A DNA stretch of 64,000 nucleotides, from contig OZ037771.1 of NCBI GenBank assembly GCA_964035545.1, positions 11,846,480 through 11,910,479 on the forward strand, in the 5' to 3' direction. Both the position numbers and the translations under genes were made by a program. Shown here piece after piece: positions 13,839 through 29,264 of the stretch. Each line of letters begins with the position of its first letter. Positions within the stretch are counted from its first letter, which is position 1. Under the pieces are notes generated by a model. It did not search any database. It was not told the origin of the DNA and was given only the letters and a program-made list of their open reading frames with translations. Source of the stretch: Bugula neritina. Its lineage: Eukaryota; Animalia; Bryozoa.

Positions 13839-15980
13839 TTTAAAGCTGTATATGGTATGCTAACTTTTTGTCTGTTGGCATACTTTATATTGTTGACTAA
13901 TTTTGCCAAAATAATATATTTTGACTCAACCATTATTATATAGTGCATCAATTGCAATAGTTTTGCTATACCAATATAAAATATCAATATGAACTACATT
14001 TTATTTTTATTTTAAATATGATCAAAGAAATTATGCAGCTGGAAGTAAAACTTATTGCCATGTATGCAACCGCTGTATGTAGATTGTTTAAACTGTCCAA
14101 TGAGAATAAAAAGCCTTAAATTTTGCTCTCTGAAAACTACTCTAACTATGTAGACATCACACCAAGCGATGCACTACTATAAAAATGTCATGAGTGGCAA
14201 TGATTCTATGGCTAAATTTTTCAAAATCTATCTTTTATATAACTAATCATAAATCACTTCTGACATTCAGATCCAAGATGGCTTGTCACTCCTGATCTGC
14301 ATATTTTTCTTATATATGTTATTAAGTACTGAGAATTATTTATTATGGACTTACTGAATTTTCTGCCATTTGTTTTACATGCCTGACAGTTGATTGATCG
14401 ATGTTTTCAACCTGTGCAGTCCTAAGCTCTACATATGATATTAAGCACTGTAATGCTATGCATAGCAAAATAACTACAGTCAAGTGTTTTAGTCTCGTGG
14501 TTATCATCCTCGTGATTTTGGAGGTCAACTCTTTAGCTATTTTGATTCTGACAAGCATGTACTAACAAAGTTTAAATTCAAAGCGTTAAATTTTTTTCAT
14601 GTGCTTAAGTGCTGTAATCTGCCAAATCAACTCTCACCAAAGAAATTGAAAAATAGAATTGGCAAAATTGGAAATATATGTATATAAAATATTATCTGTT
14701 TCAAAAAATGATAGAAAAAACTGATAAAACAATATGTGATTAGTTATAGCAACAGCTGTAGCAGTAGTTACACATAGTAGCAGTAGTAAAAATTAGACTA
14801 TAGTATATGACAATCAGTGTTAGTAATAGTGATAGCAACAGCAGCAGTTAAAGTATTAGTAACAGTAGCAGCAGTAGTAAGAACTTGAAAAAACCAAAAT
14901 CCTAATTACGCAAATTTGCAAAAAAAATTAAATTTGTCGGCAAGGCACTGAAAACTTTAATTAAGTATAGCTGAAACCAGTCAAATAGTTGAACATGTCA
15001 ATTTAGCTCAAATTGTTGTGTTTAGAAAGTCCACTTGAGTCAAGTCGTTTAAAATAATTTTTTATCAGCATGACTTGATTGTATAAATATGTGTTAGTAC
15101 AATTTAGCATAATTGATATCTCAGACTATATAATAGCTTGCAAAGAGTTAACTCAGTCTATGGAGCTTGTTGGCAACTCAAACTTGCACTTAGCAAAAAC
15201 CAATAAATAATTTTTTTTCAATAGATTATCAAGTTATTATTAGTTTCTGTATTAATGATTCTTTAACACAAATATGAAGTATAATGATAGCAAATACTGG
15301 ACTAGCTGAATGGTGGCTAAAATGTTCTATTTTTTCAACAATTTAAATTTATATGGCACTCTAAACATAGCAAAAAAACTTATATATGTCATGAACGTTT
15401 GCTGGTTTTATAGCAAACTAACTTATTATTGTGACACTGTTGAAATAATTACGTTGTTTGAATTCCTCTTTCAAATAATAGTCATGGGCAGTCACCTAGT
15501 TTGTGGTCATCAACAGTAAAAACCAAACATGTCACAGATAAGAATAGCTGTCAGAAACTGCATCACTGATTAATTGCTGATAGAACAGTTTGCGGACTTC
15601 CTATTAGTATATTTTAGCTGATACACTATAGTTCTTGGCTAAGGTGAGCTGAACATCAAGTGCATGTAAGTACATGAATTTTGCTCAAGTGAAGGTACTT
15701 TTTCATGTAAAGTTTAAAAAAATTCAGTAATTAGCAGAAACAAAACAAATTTGCGATTTTCTTTCCAATTTTTTTCAATTTTCCGAAATAGTTTTCTGTT
15801 TAAGTTATGTTTCAAACTGTCTGGGAATCAGATAACATTTTTTGTATGTACCTAAGGATAAATATGGCATAGTGAATTAAAGGTAGACAAACTAAAAATG
15901 TTTTAAACTATAATATGCTGTTGACAGCAGAGCACACATGTACACACACACACACACACACCATACACACCATACACACA

Positions 15981-16275
15981 CACCAGACACACCAGACACA
16001 CCAGACACACCAGACACATCAGACACACTACACATATACACTGCACACCACGCACACCACGCACACCACGCACACCACGCACACCACGCACACCACGCAC
16101 ACCACGCACACCACGCACACCACGCACACCACGCACACCACGCACACCACGCACACCACGCACACCACGCACACCACGCACACCACGCACACCACGCACA
16201 CCACGCACACCACGCACATCACGCATGCCACGCACGCCACGCACACCAAGCACACCACGCACACTAAGCACACCA
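15981..16275. repeat. 9-bp minisatellites, (CCAGACACA)n then (GCACACCAC)n
   Basis: About 5 units followed by about 20 units; they explain the HTT/HHA/GVR ORFs. Confidence 0.92.
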
Positions 16276-19104
16276 CACACACACTACTATTGCAACTTGT
16301 ATATCTACTGAAGTATAGCAAGTCATGTCAGCCAATCAAAACAGCCTAGAAGTCAATATTTCAAAAGCTACTTATTTTTCTACTAATATAATTGATTCTA
16401 TTATGAAAAAACTTAGTAGTGTGTAACAGAGCAAGAGAGAAAATCTTAAATCATACAAATGACACATTTACTATTCATTTATGTGAAAAGTAGTAGTTGA
16501 ATTGAAGCAGCATCACAAGGCAGTTTAGGGTAGTGCAAATTTTTACAGTTATTTACTCAACTAAAAGAACTTTGGCTAAAAATTTTTATTGTGTTATTGT
16601 AGACAATAGCTAGTTGCTATGGCCCTGTTTGGGTTTATAAACCGTCTTCCAATGCATGCAAAAAGGGCTACTATTAGCAGTAAAGCTTTCAATCGCCAGT
16701 TAGCAGAATTTACGTACAAACTCAGTGCACCCAACAAATATGAAGCTAAAAATAAATCATTCTGGATGGTGAGCATAACATTTTATACTTTTTGTTGCAA
16801 ATCGTTAACACATATCAGAATGAAAATTAGTGAAAAATTGATGATTGAGTTAATATTTCAGTGAATTAAATGAGCTGAGAGATATAGGACAGTAATAAGA
16901 ATTATATTTGTATATTGTTTTACAGAAAGAAACACAAGAGCTTCTTAGCAAAAGGTTTGATGGCCTAGAAATCAGCAAAGAGTACGTTGACTGTAGACCG
17001 ATATATCCGTCAACCATATTTCAGACTGTTATGAACTTTGTGAACAAAACGGTGAGAGTTTTACTGGCACTATAAGAGACCGTTAAATAGATTACATAAT
17101 CTTAGATTAATCATAGGAGACATAAAATGACATACAATTTCATTCTATATTATGATGTATAATACATGCTGCTTTATTATCTATAGTGATTTGCTATATG
17201 ATTATCAATTATTAAAAGTTTACTTGACTGCATTTCAATGTACACCATTATTAAATTAGCTCTGCTACAAATTATATATTGTGTATTTCAATTTTATATT
17301 GATTGTATTTGTAGAGCAGGAAAGAGAGTGCTAGTAAAACAAATTCTTTGGCTATAGACATTGGTTGTGGACCTGAACTGATGTCTACAGTGTACCTAGC
17401 TCCTTATTTTGATACAGTACTAGGTGTAGATGTTAGCGAATCTTAAATAGAGCAGGCAAATCTTAACAACAAACACAAAAACATAGAATACAGGTATACT
17501 TTCATACATTTTACTATACTATATGCGTTGTAATCTATTTCCTCTCGTTGAGTTTCCAATGTGCAATATCACGCTATACTAATTAGATCTTTTTACCAAA
17601 CTAGCTAAAAATCTTTGTAACCTGAGGACACTCTCTGTGTCTTACTGAACATGGTAAGCCGTATTTAAGCATTACAAATTAAAAACTTTGCTTTACGAAT
17701 CTCATAAGTATTAATTACTATCGCTTGTTTCAAAACTAAATCTGCTTTAAAAACAAAAGTTGAGTTGATTAGGTGGTTATAATTTAATCTCCTAACCAAT
17801 TAGTCTGGGTGCCAACATGCAAAAGTGGATGAGTGGAGAGTATCAATAAACTAACCTTTCTTGCTATACATCACTGCTAAGCCAACATTCTACTATTTTT
17901 AAATCCAGCTGCAGCAAATGACTATTTTGTATCTGGGGGGTTCTTACCCAAAATATCATAAGAGGTATAGTTCCATAGGTACAGAACATCTCTAAAAAAA
18001 AATTGAATATTAAACTTAAATTACTCAAGTACTTGCAGAATCAAAATTCGATGATGCCTTCTTGAAAATTGGCCTACACCTGTATATTCATTTCTTTTAA
18101 GGGAGAACTTCTCCTCCCCTCAAATACAAAAAAGTTATTTGGAGATTTGAAATTAGTTAAATTTTGCCTTTGCGGTGATATATAGTAACAAAACTTAATA
18201 TTTATGTGCTCAACCTGCCCATTTTCACATTTTCACCCCAACTAAATATAAACGCAGGTTTTCGACACTGGTGATACAAATAATAGAATTTACTAACATA
18301 ATTTAACCAGATTTGACAACCTAATTTAGCAAAATTGTTGAGCCAGGTTTACTGACCTATTTTTTAAAATGTTAAACTTGGAATTATATATTTTCAACAG
18401 ATCACATTGTAATTTGAAACAATTTCAGCAATCAGCAATTGAAAACAGGTGGTACCAGTTTTCAGCTGGTTACATCACTTACATGTAAGCCTATTATAAC
18501 AGCTCAGACAAAAAGAAATATAAGTTCATGCTTTATTTTTTATGATTATCTTAGAACAATATTTTTCCTATAAAAGAAATGTATTAGCATATAGAAAATG
18601 CTTGCAATAGCTTTGGTAACCTGGTTGCAATAGCTAATAAATCTCTCTATTAAAATAGCATTAACGGTATGATTGATTAGTACTTTTCTGCGGGATGCTA
18701 CAGGCTCATTATAAATCTTTGAATTTATCTGGTGTCAATGCTCAAAAACTAAATTGAGCGTTTTGAAACATGTTAACCTATATTTTATGTGTATTACTCA
18801 CCAGCTATAATCAAGTAATAAGTAATCAGCACCTTGAAATTATCTACATTCTAGGCTGCCTATAGTTTTGTTACCTAATACCTATATGGCTGTATGATAT
18901 ACAATAATCGTTAAGCTCATATACAGCCTATATATCAGTGTTTGACCATATAGACATAATACAATAGACCATAACTATATGCATAAACAACAATATCCCA
19001 CTACAACTAAACATCAATTTTTTTGAATTTTGAAAGAAACTTTTGAAGACTATCAGCTTATATAGAGTAACAACTTAATTGAGCACTTAAGCAGCAACTG
19101 CAGT

Positions 19105-19742
<638 letters not shown>

Positions 19743-21023
19743 ATTTATATATATGTATATATATAATTTCATTACCTGTTTTTGCTCCAAAGATTTTAAT
19801 AAAACGCCTTCTTTGGTGAAAATATCATTTTTTCCTTGAAGAGTTTCTAAAGCGGAATCCTTACCAGTGGAAGATAACTCTGTGACCTTGGTACAAGCAG
19901 CAGCAGCATTACATTGGTTAGATCATGAGAAGTTCTACAAGGAATGTGACAGAGTTCTAGTTCCTGGAGGAGTTATTGCTGCTTTCTGTTACACAGTTGA
20001 AGGACACTCAGTTGTTGATCATTCAAAGGCTACTGAAATGACAGAAGTACTAACGGAGGTTTGGAGTACTGAATTCTTTATTTAAATATTTAATTATAAA
20101 CCCATGACTATAGTATCAAATAGTTGTTAACAGTGAATTTAAGCAATGCTTTTTATCAAAAGGTGGCAGCACCATGACATGCAATATCTTTAATTGCCAG
20201 AGTGCGCAATTCTAAAGCGGTTTTATATACATATTGACTGTTCTTAGCAGTATAGATAACACAGCTACCTTATCCTTGGGGAGAATGGATATTTTTCCTA
20301 AAATTTATAGAAAAATAACAACCAGTATTTAATTTTTCAGTTTTCAGTATGGCTAAACCACATGTTTTTAGATAAGAAAAAAGTTAACATCAGCAGAAAA
20401 TATCTACTACATCCCGCGGCAGAGATTAGTGAAGGAAAGATATACAGATCTGTCTATACAGATACCGTACTCTGACAGAAAGCGGTAAATTTTATTCATA
20501 ATTTTATAATTATTTTCCACTACATAGCTATTGTTTTCACAAGGTGTGAACTCTTTGTGAGTGTACTTTAAAAGTTCAATCTAAAATTGACTCTATATAT
20601 AAATGTGTATTTTTGCATGATGTATTTATTTGTAGTGTGGACACTGAGTATCTGACAATAGGGACAACAGTGTCAGGGCTATTCAGATTTTACAAATCCC
20701 TTTCACATGTAAAACCCTTTATTGACAGTTGCAATGAAAACTCCGAGTGGTGGAATGCCTGCATTCAAAGGTAGTTGTTTTCTCATTATTTTCTTTATGA
20801 CAAATGAAACTATATTTTGTTTAGATTTTCTGCTGTACTAATTGTACTGCCGAAACCTTAACGCTCACATTGTCCTATATTTACTATTTTATGACATCAT
20901 TTATTTGTAGGCTACTAGCAAAAAACACTTTACTTTATCAGCATGTTTTCTAAGGCTGCTTCAAGTTAATCTTATTTGAGTCATTTTACTCAATTTAGTA
21001 GACAGTCGGAATGTCCAGTTTTT

Positions 21024-21356
21024 TAGCTATTTTTCACAATTTAGCAGCTACTGTATATGGGTTTTTGCCCAAAACTAGTAAAATATCGATTAATGTAACT
21101 ATCAATTATCCAGGTGTTTTTTGCTTTGCTTAATTTCCTGCATTTTTCTAATTATTTAGCTAATTTAGATTTTCGGACCGTCATTGTTTTTTCATGACGG
21201 TCCGCAAATCTAAATTGACTAAATTATCAGAAAAAGGCATAAGAAATCAAGCAAAATAACAAATAATCTTAGTTATTTAGTTGTACTTTTTTAATTTTTG
21301 TTAGTTTAAAAACAAAAGCCCATATACAATAGCAGCTGAATTATAGAACATAGCTA
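21024..21356. mobile_element. Fold-back (MITE-like) long imperfect inverted repeat in the last intron of copy B
   Basis: Inner arms 21162-21184 and 21194-21216 are 22/23 complementary. Pairing continues imperfectly outward (CAGCTACTGTATATGGGTTTTTG against CAAAAGCCCATATACAATAGCAG; TAGCTAT against ATAGCTA). Confidence 0.7.
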
Positions 21357-24312
21357 TAGAGGTGAAGATTTTAAGTTTGTACAAAAATTAAGTAAATAAA
21401 TGACCCGTTTAAGTAAACATAATTACCATTCTTTTGAAATATTTCAAGTGCGAGAATTTGGTATTTGTCTCTAAGATTTTTTTTATCTTTACAACAATGC
21501 AAACCAAAATTAAAATTTCTAAGAATAAGTTGTTCTAATATACTAGTATGCAGCAATTTTTATGCCGTTTCATTTATTTTATAAACGAGATTTAGCTGTC
21601 ACAAATAAAATGTATAGGTTGTTGAGTTATTGATTTTGTCAGTCTTTAATCTGAGTTTAATATTCTGAAGCAGACAAGTTAAGTATGTGCTATTCAAATT
21701 ACAATAACAATCTCAAAGACACTGCAGGAAATGATGTATTTTTTCTTACTTTATAATAGTAAAAGTATACAACCGTAAGGGATCTGCATGCAAGCCAAAT
21801 GACTTGGATCTTATAATGAAAGTCATTGATGACATATTAGGCATATTACAGTGATTTTTATTCTTTTCATTATACTCCATCACCAGCAGAGTTAATGCAA
21901 ACACAAAGGTGCTAATTTATTGGCAGGATATTTCAACATCAAGTTATCAGATAAAGCGTGCATGACTATAAATATCGGCATAGCTAGAGGCACGAATAAT
22001 TTGTGATGTGATAAAATGCGCCACAAATGCAAGATAAATTCCAACCAAATAGTTTATTGCTGTAATGATCATCTTCAAATGTATACTGTATTTTTCAGAC
22101 TGATGGAAGCTTACGGTACAGATGATCTAGAAGCTCCAATAACTCATAAAATGGAGGTTTTCCTGTTGCTGGGTCGTAAGCCAAACAACTCCTAAACAAC
22201 ACTTATTATAGAATTACTATGGCTATAATTATCTTGCTTCCTAATGGCTATACTTGATGGTGTGTATCATTTAAAACTTTTTTTATAAAATTGTTCCATG
22301 GTTTTCTAAAAGATGTTTTAAGCTAATAATATGCAGCTGAGTCCAATACTTCAAGACTTTTATAATTTGTAAGCCAAATAATCTATAATGGTTTAATATG
22401 ATAAACTGAGTCCAACTTCGAACAACTATTCAGATATTTATTGTTTAGCTTTCAATATCTTTTTATTTCCAATAATTTTATAAGAATACAATTTAGACCA
22501 ATGTCTGGCTGTATAACTCTTTTAATTTAAGTTTGTAGAAAAATAATCAAATTTATATGTTATCTTGGAGTTTCTGTTTTAGCTAATTTAGTTTTTCATG
22601 ATTAATAAATGAGTAAAATGTTGCTTTCAACAATAAAACAAAATATTTCTAACACGTGAATGCTAAAAGTTTTTAAACTCTTTTAGAATGCTTTTCAGAG
22701 TATACGAACACTAGTTCATAACATTCCATGCATTACCTATTTAATTTTTCTCTTACACAGTTTATATGGTGCTTGGTATCAAATGCATGAGCATCAGCAC
22801 AGGTTCTTCAAGGTGTATATAGTGGTATATATAATAGCCCATGATGTATAATGTTACATACAAAATGATGCTGGCACAAAAAGTAGGCTTAGTACTAATG
22901 AACAAAAATGTTTTTGACGATAAACTATCATTTTGATATGTTTACAATTATCTAAATTTCAAGACTGATCTATTAGGTAAATATATTTAAGTACCATGCG
23001 GGAATATTTTGGTGCTGCATGCATTAAAACAAAATACATTGTTAGTTTACGTTGCAGGTGTAGTTTGGTGATGTGCATGGCAGGTTGGACTGTGTATTAA
23101 GTTTTACATATTTCAAATCTTATTGTTTAGTCGTTAATCAAATTTGTCATTGCGATATAGCACGGCTGGTTTGTGTAGAACATTAAGACGGTGCTTTCAT
23201 CTTTGATGAGCCGTAAGAAATTATTATTGGAGGAAGTACTATAAAAGCTGTCACAATTTTGTCAACTTCTGCCAAACATAAGTGACTATGGTGGTTATCT
23301 TAGCATAAAGAGTTTTTTATATTTTTCAACACTTCACAGTCCACCATAACTACTTATAGTATGCGGATAAGTTGATATACTATTATAGCTGCAATCATCT
23401 TAGTAGTCTTCTCTTTATATACACTGTGCACCAAAACTGGTTATCAAGTCTCAGAAAACATTGCTCTAAAAGCTGCTACAACTGCCCAAGGCTTTATAAC
23501 AGCTACATATTTTATTATTTGGTGTTTAATCACTATAGCATCACAGAGACATTATGATTCAGAATGACTAGCAGGTGTGGTTCTGCATATATAATAATAC
23601 TTTCCTAGTTATAAGTCATGGGAATAAATTATTCAGATAGCATGATAATTAATTAATCAGAAAATGCTAGAGCTTTTTTTTAATTTTTTCACCTTCTGAC
23701 AAGTAAACGATTGATTTAACTTAAATATATACAACGTACTGGAGAGATAGCCAGTTGTTGCTGGCCATAACTCAAACGTGTTAAAGTTCAATTCTTTGAT
23801 CTATAGCTAGCTACTTACCAACTTTTGCAGTGATTTTTTCTCCTTTTTATGCAATCCGAAATAATCAAAACCCCAAAATTATTTTGAGTTTTTCCTTCTA
23901 AAAATCAATCAGGAAAAAATATTTTTGTATTTATTAAATAACAATATGTGTGCTATCACCAAAATATCTACCTCCCAAGAAAACAACTTTATATTGTAGC
24001 TGAGAAATTATGCAACAGTCAAACCTTTAACTTTTTATTAGTTGAAAGTAGATACTGCTAAGGGGACACAATTCTTCATTATAAATTAATGATTAGAAAC
24101 ATTGGAAGAGGGTTTCTTTATCTAACAAAAGCTTTCTCATATCATTATATGTTATTAAGTTAAGTATCAGCATTGCCTACAGAAAGAGTAATTTACTTGC
24201 ACCATTATGCACTAGCTATATAATAAATTTCTAAACCATTTCTTAACATTGTGATGGTGATGAATTTAAAGAAATTGATTCAAACTTTGTCAGAAGCCTT
24301 ATATTCTTGAGT

Positions 24313-24610
<298 letters not shown>

Positions 24611-24844
24611 GTAAAGATTGTGATTTAAACATATTTATCTAACTGGTAACAAGTTGTTTATGCCATGTAAAAGGTCCATTAAAAAGGAACCAAAAATTAT
24701 CTAACAGAGATAGAGTATAGTTGTCATATTATTATTTAAAGCTTGCATTGTTTCAGAGTAGATAACTCTACATTAGCTTTGCTAACACTCAACTTTATCA
24801 TTTTTGATAATAGCTATACAAGTATCCAAATTTATAAGCTTTCA

Positions 24845-26270
24845 ATTAGTGACTGCAGAAATATAATAACCATTACCTTTCCTGACATTCATTTCGTCAC
24901 TCAGAGTTCGTTGAGAAGCTGCTAATAACTAAACCATTTCACAAAAGCAATATATGTTTCTTGTACAAACTTATTATTGAAAAATCAAAAGTTGTCACCA
25001 GCTAGACAGCAAAGTATATAATCTAATCAACATTTCAATGAAACAACTAGCTTCATTTTATAGCTACATTATCAGTGAAAACCCTTTAATAAAAAAGTTC
25101 TTTCAAGTTGTGAGCTATACAGGGACATTTTATCACAGCAGCAATTATGACTATAGATGCTCTTCCCAACATCACTAATAGTCTTTATTAAAATCAGAAT
25201 CACCGACTTTGTATTTACTAAGGCAGTGCTTTAACTGCTAAACTCTGGCTGTTGTTCAAGAACCCAATTGAACACTGCGGTAAAAACATTTGAAGTTATA
25301 GTAAGGAATAAATTGTTTTTTTTTTGTTTTATATGTGTTGCTTTTTAAACACTTGAGACCTGTTTCACCTCAGAAGTAAAATGTCAAACAGCAAGTTCAA
25401 TATTATATGTGTAGCATGTCTAAATTTAAAAATGCTTTGCTAGCTGGTGATTGGTAGAGTGGCGAATTCCTAGATCATTGACCTCATCAACAATATATCA
25501 TTTTAAATGTTCTGACAGTTATAAATATCAAGATTTAGTGCAGACGTACTATATAGTAGGTTTTGCTGGTTTGCCAATTCAAATACACAATAGCAAAATT
25601 CAATAAAAAATTTATTTGGTGTTTTAATAAAATTATAATATTTAACTAACCGCTAATACTCTATAATTTTGCAGCCAAATATAATATATAAGTTGATGCA
25701 GAAATAATTATTGTGACATTTTGCACTTAGTAAATTAAAACTTTTTTGCAGTCAAAGCTAATCATGATTGCACAATGCCATTTTAATAAAACTTGGCTTG
25801 GTTGACTCTAGTGAACACTAAAGCTAGGTCAATAACATTTATACTTTGCATCATGCAGACTAGTTTTCATGATAAATAATACTTCATTCTAGTCAAAAGG
25901 ATTATATCAAAAGTATAGTGCAAGTGTACTATAAACTCATCTGAAAAGAGCATTAACATTTTCATCAATAAACAATGGAGAAACTATAAATTGTTTAATA
26001 ATAACCTGACATGGTAACAATGCTGACTTAGGAAACAAGGAGTCAGTGGTTGTAGTTATTTATATTTAGAAGAACATCCAGTCATATTTTCTCCTGTGCC
26101 ATCTATTATACAAATAAGTCCTTAGTGTTAAAAGACCATTTTTACGAGGGGGGGGGGGGCTCTTACAGGGATAACAACTATCAACTATTAAAAGTGAAGA
26201 AACCAGTTTTCTGTGTATTAAATTTTAGAATTGAAAATTTCAGCCTCTTGTTTATAATATAGGTGCAAGC
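24845..26270 (+). repeat. Non-coding segment X, inverted paralog of 42050-43430
   Basis: Continuous collinear reverse-complement similarity by eye, for example GTGAACACTAAAGCTAGGTCAATA / TATTGACCTAGCTTTAGTGTTCAC and TGTATTTACTAAGGCAGTGCT / AGCACTGCCTTAGTAAATACA. Confidence 0.85.
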
Positions 26271-28158
26271 TAGTTGTATTTAGTCAAAAATAACGACTTC
26301 ATCATAGTGCAAATAATGATTGTGTGCCATGTGAATAATACCCTCTTGGGTCCAATCGGACTCTAGAGGGTGTTTTATTCTTTTCCAGATGGTACTTTAT
26401 TCTCCCTCAGCCAGTATTGAAACTCAACTCTCTGATGATCTACAGTAATCTTTGAAATGCGTAAACTGAGTTACAAAAAATGGTGAAATATAGTCGTTCA
26501 TAATAATGATGTGATGATTGATAGTAAAGGAGTTTGAGTTTGTGAAGAGCAAGGAATATTGGTTCAAGAGGTTTATTTAAACAATTATTTTGCATGAGTT
26601 AAATATGATTTTTATAATTATTTAAAACAAGTTTTTTGTAGTAAATACAACATTATAAATTATTTTATACTTATATACTTTGTTGTTTCTTATTATTATG
26701 AGGTAATACCTATCAGTTCTAAAGTGTTACCTATAAAAATCATCAAGTGCTATGTACTTCTGCATGTAAATTTGCATACAAAAAAAACTCACGCAAGTTT
26801 ATATAATCACCATCCCTGTGAGAAAACCCCTGATAGAAGGGGTTTATGTTAAATCAGGCAACTTATTCAGATGGGGCACATGCAGGAGCAATTATGACAG
26901 GTGCTCTTTGTAACATCACCACTGGCCTTTATCCTGCTTCAAAAAATTTTAGTCCTCCGAAACTGTGAATATCTTTGTAATTGTTTGTTGAAATACCTTT
27001 AATGAAATCGAGTTTAATTTTTGTTTTATGTATTTGAAGGTATATATTATTAGACAGTGGTTGATCTAATGAATACTATAAAGCAAGTTCATTGATCCTA
27101 CTTTTAATGTATTTCAAGAACGGATGCACTCTGCAAGTTTGTTATATATATATGTGTACTACCTTCTAAGGATTACTCAAACTACCCCATAACTCAAAGC
27201 AAACCACTACTGCATGATGAACACTTTTCAGAAAGCTGAAGTTCATCGCCCTGATATAAATTATAAACTGGCAGCTGTTTACCAAGTGCTAAAATAGTTT
27301 CAACTTTAAACTATACATAAGAAACACCTTTAAATTTATTTTTAAAAATTTGAAGAATTCTGAAGCATTTGATACAGACTAAACAATTAGTTGCTAAAAG
27401 TAAAGTAGCATCAATCATTTGCTGTTCCACTAATTTTTGGCTTAACCTAGCTATTGTACTATTTTGGTGGCAACCTAATGCTGCATTTTATGACTAACTT
27501 TCATAAGCAGATGCCAATTTATGTTGCTTTATTTGGCGTGCCAATAAGTTTTTCTGAGTTTTGCAATTATAAAATGTCTGATATTTTAGTATAAAAGCAA
27601 GTGTAAGTAATTTCTCGGTAGTCCTTGAAAACTGATATCTCGGCAAACTTCACAACAACGAAAGACTTGCAATAATTGTTTTTAGGTGTTATTTTGTTCA
27701 AGATGATTTTACTAATATAATATGCTGGTTATTGATATAAACTTAGTTTTGTAATGTAAATGTACTATACAAACGTATTTTTTTATTTCTAAATAACTGA
27801 CTTGTATATAACATAGTGTTATTACGTGATAGGTATCATATATAATATTTCACACAATATCAACAAGCAATAATTCAAATGAGTGCTTAATTATCAAAAC
27901 TTTGTCTCTGAGTTTTCTTAAACATAGAAAGTAGTGTTGTAGATATGGGGACTAAAAATTAAACAAGGTAGTGTACAATAAATCTATCCACTGTATGCCT
28001 TTGCAGGATTTCATTTATTTTAAAATTTGAACAACAGCAAACAGTTTTTAATATCTCATGATCTTATACGCTCTTTTTGTCATTTGTGCCGTAAAATTTG
28101 GAAACAAAAACTTGAAATGTCATGTAAATGCTGTTTGTTTATACAGACATAATAGAAA

Positions 28159-29185
28159 ATGCTCCCAGCTGTAAATCAATATGCCGATCCTTCCCTCTGT
28201 TCTGATTACATCAGCGTTAGGCCTAAGTATCCTAATCATGTCATCAACACAATATTGGATTATGTCAAGAAAGGGGTAAGTGAAGCATTATTTTATTTTA
28301 CATACTATTGTTTAACAGCTCAGTTTTTTTGCAAAAACTAATTAGCTATAATTATTCAATGTACATAGAATGTTTATTGTTCAAGCAAAACTGTTAAAAC
28401 AGTTATATAAATTGCAATTTGCGTCAAAACAATAAAAATGAGTGTTTGCTGACATACACAGGTCATTTAGATGAACTTGTGGACACCATTTGCTTTAACT
28501 CATAGTTTCCCTTTCATTCCATTGACCCATGTCTCCATGCAACAAAGTATGATAAGTTTATAGATGTATGTGACTGTTACATATTACAGAAAAACACACT
28601 CTTTTCTGGGAGGTACCCATTGGCTGTGGATGCTGGATGTGGACCAGGTGTGACCTCAACCTCTTCACTATCTCCTTACTTTAATAAAGTACTTGGAGTA
28701 GACATCAGTGAAGCTCAAATTAGAGAAGCAAATCTTCATAACGAGTTTGATAATATTAAGTACAAATGGGTATATTTAGCTTAAAGCTGTGTGTATTCAA
28801 ATAAAAGAAAAACAACTTGATACACAAAGTATCTTATTGCAGAGTTGAGTTTTGCGGTATTACCTGTCATCCTTGGCGCTCTCTATTAATACGCATATAT
28901 CAGAACACAAGATTAGCTGTTGATTTTGACAATCTTGCGTTACTTTCAGAGTGACCAGAGGGGAAACGTTGCCATTAAAAGACAATTCTGTTACTCTTGT
29001 GCAAGTTGCCACTGCTATACATTTATTTGATTGTGAAAAATTTTACAAAGAGTGTGACAGAGTTCTGGTTCTTGGAGGAGTTATAGCTGCCTATACATAT
29101 GGCTGTCAGAATTACAGAGTGGTGGGACATCCAAATGCAGAGGAAATTTCTGACATCATGAATGAGGTGAAACAACGGCCAAAAA

Positions 29186-29264
<79 letters not shown>

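Noticed and set aside
15981-16275. Regular repeat as a possible CRISPR array
   Set aside because: These are contiguous 9-mers without spacers, in a eukaryotic context.
17444-17446. Stop-codon reassignment (TAA=Gln) or readthrough in copy B
   Set aside because: TAA is the normal terminator of copies A-D and of the TSP1 gene, and the same exon carries a second damaging change.
22740-23220. Exon-like GC-richer patches downstream of copy B
   Set aside because: They contain stops and give no consistent splice model.
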